Origin: Lepidodermella squamata | Lineage: Eukaryota; Animalia; Gastrotricha | Assembly: GCA_047495785.1 (NCBI GenBank) | Contig: JBLDXI010000032.1 | Coordinates: 3,844,001 to 3,908,000 of the forward strand | Reading direction: 5' to 3' | DNA length: 64,000 bases | In this document: positions 60,204 to 64,000 of the stretch, piece by piece | Layout: every line of letters begins with the position of its first letter | Numbering within the stretch: position 1 is the first letter of the stretch | The notes under the pieces: model-generated | The model's database searches: none | Told to the model about the DNA's origin: nothing | The model's input: the letters and a program-made list of their open reading frames with translations, nothing else | Program-made: the position numbers and the translations under genes

Positions 60204-61621
60204 ATGGAGAGATGGCTGTCTGTCGTAGGATGGAACTGCAACAGGTTCAACGCACGACACCCAGCAGATTATGCTCATTTAATAGACGAGATTAGGCCAC
60301 ATGTGATTTGCTTATCTGAAACTTGGTTATTGAATAGTGATTTTGATAATTACGATTTGTTCGGCTACACTGCCTACCCTTCCGCGAGAAAAAAGGACAA
60401 AATGGGTGGCGGTGTAACCGTTCTTCTTCGCGCAGACCTAGAATTGATATCTATTACCGAATATGTTTACACTGAGGACGACCCGAAGCCAGCGACGGAG
60501 TGGCTCGCGGTCACGTTTCGACTGCCCGGTAGCAACGAGGAGCTGACCGTGGCGGCGTTCTACCGTGCGCCCGATGTCGAGCTGGACGCGGAGGCTCTCA
60601 GAAGCGCGGCCGCTGCATGGTCTACGGCGACTTCAACGCTACGATCGGCTGGCTCGGATACGACGGCTACGACCGGCCTGGCAGGCTGATCGACGAGATT
60701 GTGGTGGATGGCGATGGCGTTTGTCTGAACAAGGCGAACGACCCGACGTTCTGGTCGCACTTGGGCAACGGCTCGACGAACGACCTGTGGCTGGTGTCGC
60801 CGGACGTGGCGGCGCGGTGCGAGCAGGTGGAGGTGTCGGAGACGTTTGGCAGCAACCACGCGGCGATCTGCACCCGTTTCCAGTTGGGCCCGGCTAGTGG
60901 CAACGGTGACAACGCGACGCAGCAATTGCGGCGCAACTACGCTGAAGCGGCTGCCTCGGCCCGCGATGTTAAAACCGCGGCCAAGGTGGTGCAAGCCGCT
61001 CTCGACCGAGTCTCTCGCTGGAGCCGGATGTGGCGGCTGCCTCTGAACCCGACGAAGTGTGTGGCGATGTTGTTTCGACGTAACAACAAGAAGCACTCGC
61101 TGAAAGATGTCGAGCTGTTTGTCGATGGCGTCAAACTCGAAGTCGTCGACAGCACGAAGTACCTATGCGTGACTTTCGACTCGCGGCTCTCGTTCCGCGA
61201 GCACTTCCGCACGGTTGCCGACAAGTGCAAGCGCCGCCTTAATGGCCTGCGCCTCGTTGCTGGCAAACGTCTTGGCTTCAGCGTCAGGTCGGCACTGCTA
61301 GTCTACAAGCAGCTGATCCGATCTGTGCTGGAATATGGCGCACCGGCGTGGGTTGGCCGTCTCAACAAGCCGTCCCGCGTCGCGAATCTACAAGTTGTTC
61401 AGAACGCCGCTCTTCGGACGGCGCTTCATCTGCCTCGCGATACTCGCATTAGCGAGCTACATCAGCTTGCCGGTGTGAGGCTTTTCTGCCGACACGTCGT
61501 CCTTCGCTGCCGGCGCTACCTGGCACGAGCAACGAAGAACTTGAAGGTGATCAAGCACCTGGCTGGTCAGCACGCTGTGTGGCCGTCGAAAAACGGCCCG
61601 CTATCCGTCATTCTGCGCTAA
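60204..61621 (+). pseudogene. LINE ORF2: APE endonuclease (one frameshift near 60610) fused in frame to the post-YADD region
   Basis: GWNCN, LSETW, YRAP | GDFNA, PTF, NDL, GSNH, then RRNYAEA joined to ASARD..QAALDRVSRWSRMWRLPLNPTKC, KYLCVTFDSRLSF, RSVLEYG, VQNAALR. Confidence 0.85.
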
Positions 61622-61889
61622 AAAAGCTGAAAAATCAATCAAATATATATATATTTTATTTCTCTATTTTATCCGGTGATTCAAATAATTATCTCTCCTC
61701 CGTGATTCTGATAATAGCGTAGTCTTTCTGGCAATATTGATGATAATTCTGATGCAGTGTCGTATGGGCCGTACGACATTTTGACTGTCAAGAGGTCCAG
61801 TGCTAAATAAAACCAGAAAATGCACAAAAATGAGTTCGCATTCATCTCATCAGTTCGCAATAGTAATTCGCATTAATATCCAGTTGCGT

Positions 61890-62309
61890 ATGTCGTCAAC
61901 AACAACGCCCAGCGGTGCGGCTGTTCAGCCTTCAACGCCTTCAACGGCATCAACTACATGGGCGCCGATCGGGACGCCGTCAACGGCCTCCTTTAATTCG
62001 ATCACCCCGTTTTCGCGCAGCCCGTCGTCAGCAGCTAGCAGCCCGTCGTCAGCAGCGAGCAGCCCGTCGACATCGGAAAGCAGCCTATCGTATTCGCCGC
62101 CAATCACCGTTTCATCCACCGAGTCAACGCCGGAAACTAGGCCGACCACCTGCACCCGTGGGCAGCGAACAGGTGTTAAGTGCATATGTGTTGAGTGTTT
62201 CGGCCTGAGCATGAAAACTGTAGCCGGCTTGTGTGAGGTGATCGCAACTCCTGTGATGATGCCTACAGAAAGAGCGATCATCCGCGTCTTTTATGTGGGT
62301 GATGAGTAG
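61890..62309 (+). CDS. Small Ser/Thr/Pro-rich ORF (139 aa) with a C-terminal Cys cluster, unknown function
   Basis: ATG 12 nt after the second 36-bp repeat; CTRGQRTGVKCICVEC; AATAAA about 105 nt after the stop; no family recognised. Confidence 0.4.
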   Translation: MSSTTTPSGAAVQPSTPSTASTTWAPIGTPSTASFNSITPFSRSPSSAASSPSSAASSPSTSESSLSYSPPITVSSTESTPETRPTTCTRGQRTGVKCICVECFGLSMKTVAGLCEVIATPVMMPTERAIIRVFYVGDE

Positions 62310-64000
62310 TTCTTGCTTTTCGTGCTTGCTTTTCCATTAAAATCACTTTTGTGTAGTGTTATGTAAATGTCACCACTTGTATAACCTCGTTTTTTTGTTT
62401 TCGTTCGTGTACAAAATAAATAAAATAAGCTGGATGCAAGTTTTTGGCTAATTTTCATTCATTTTCATTATCTTAATTCAGGTTGAAGTCCTTAAGTCGA
62501 AGTTAGTTTTGAAGGGCCTTGTAGTAGCTGGAAACCAGAAAAAGCTTCGCCGAAAAATGAAAAATATGAAGTCAAGAATCCATGTAATATTTCTGGTTTT
62601 TATTAAAGAAAAGGAACCTGTCGTGTATTAGTAGAAGAGAAATTATGCACATTTTCGAGGCGGTAGGATGATCGCAATTTTCCAAATATATCAATCAAAT
62701 TTAGATGGATATGCTGATGCAAGTGTCAACTGCTACAATAGGTTCTCCACGACACTGCCACTTACTCGGTACGGCACGTAAATCCTCCAACTGCAAATCT
62801 TCGGAGTTCACAGTAATAAAAAAGGTTCAATGAAGGTTCAAAGAGGTTAACTTTACATGACAAGATTGAAAATAGGCTAACCCAGCAGTTGCGATTTTAC
62901 TATAATCATGCATTCCATAATAACACATTACTACTTTACAAATCCAAATGCTCATAATTCAAAAGAAGCTCCAAATCGACACGCACGAAGACAAAGAATA
63001 CCTATGATGAACGGAAGCTGAATTGAATCCACACGCTTTTATTCAAATATTGAGCTTCCGGCAGATACGAGCTATGCAATAAATAGCTCTAACGTCGGAT
63101 CGAAATCAAACAGTTCCGCGGTGGGAAATCGCTAAGCAGCACCCAGTTTAGACAAAGGCGGGCTTCATTTCGTTTTGAAACCGCCAAACAGCGTTGCAGG
63201 CATTATGCTGGATAAAAATTCAAAAGTCACAAACGTTCAAATTATGAGGTCTTGTGTCTTACCTTAAATAAGTCGAAGATTAAACCACGCAGACTGAGAA
63301 CTTGCAAATATCGAACCTACAAATTAAATAATTTATTATGAAAGTTATTTTCTGCTAAGACCTTACATTAAGAGCGCGAGTGTCCCGAATAAATTGCAGA
63401 GTTCACCATAGTTCTTAGTCAGAAATCTGGAGTAGTGCTAGATGTGCCAGATGGTACATGAGAAGCCGTCGATATTCGCACAGCAATTCAGCATCAATAA
63501 GCTCAACAAAATAATTCGAAATCACGACGAACAAGGATAAAATAGTTCAAGACAGCCGTGAGAAGTCAGAAGCAGGGTAGCAGAAAGTTCCTAGATTACT
63601 AGACTATCTAGGATAAAGGTCTGTGCGGTGAAACAACTTTTCTGAGACTTCTAGCATTGAATTGGTGTTTTCCACGTTTAGGCGTCATACCCGTTCAGTT
63701 TTTATGCTGAACTAGCAATTCCAGGGACCGGTCCTTCGGACCGGCCAACCGATTGTGTAGACCTATTGAAAAATAAAGGAACCACAAAGAACGCTAACTT
63801 CATTTTGATGAATAACTTATCTGATATGTCCGGCAACGTTGTTGTCGCAGGCCAACGGTTACATTTAACAACGCAAAATAAATTTTCTATAACAAAGGCA
63901 AACAAAATTGATCAATGTCACACTATTAAGGGGAAATGATTTTCTGGTAGACAATGTTAGAAGTGAAATGGCGCTTTTTTCTTGTCAAATGGAGTCTTGC

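Larger units (their letters stand above)
58564..61841 (+). mobile_element. I/Jockey-group LINE with intact ORF1 and RT-core-deleted ORF2, flanked by a perfect 36-bp direct repeat
   Basis: TCATCTCATCAGTTCGCAATAGTAATTCGCATTAAT at 58528-58563 and 61842-61877; 3' UTR hairpin 61758-61778 then AATAAA. Confidence 0.85.

Noticed and set aside
58896-61266. Antisense ORFs over the GC-rich LINE
   Set aside because: Expected shadow ORFs of GC-rich coding sequence; no motifs
58528-61877. 36-bp repeats as LTRs or CRISPR repeats
   Set aside because: Only two copies, no TG..CA ends, PBS or PPT; the enclosed element is a non-LTR retrotransposon in eukaryotic DNA
62430-64000. Possible gene exons at the window end
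   Set aside because: No ORF or motif I can support

Overview
Eukaryotic, almost certainly invertebrate-animal genomic DNA from a compact genome: most introns I could map are 46-61 nt and genes are closely spaced. Two co-oriented gene blocks face each other. The plus-strand block is PHOSPHO1/2-like phosphatase, PSMC2/Rpt1 (one 6.3-kb intron), MRPL1 and a GT10 alpha-1,3-fucosyltransferase. The minus-strand block is four tandem prolyl 4-hydroxylase alpha (P4HA) paralogs with MRPL27 among them, followed by two unusual Cys-loop ligand-gated ion channel genes. The rest is largely mobile DNA: Ty3/Gypsy relics, CR1/L2 and RTE-like fragments, hAT relics, MITEs, an intron-containing Helitron, a NOF/Foldback-like transposase with protease and PHD modules, and two LINEs that keep ORF1 but have an in-frame loss of the reverse transcriptase core. 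The best leads are: (1) a tandem pair of pentameric channel subunits with a C-x14-C loop, no neurotransmitter aromatic box and almost no intracellular domain, a candidate lineage-specific chemoreceptor family; (2) a TSD-flanked, ORF-intact but RT-less LINE, with a second unrelated LINE showing a parallel loss; (3) strongly asymmetric intron content among P4HA and channel paralogs; (4) operon/trans-splicing-like gene packing. All calls come from reading the sequence and recalled motifs; no searches were run.
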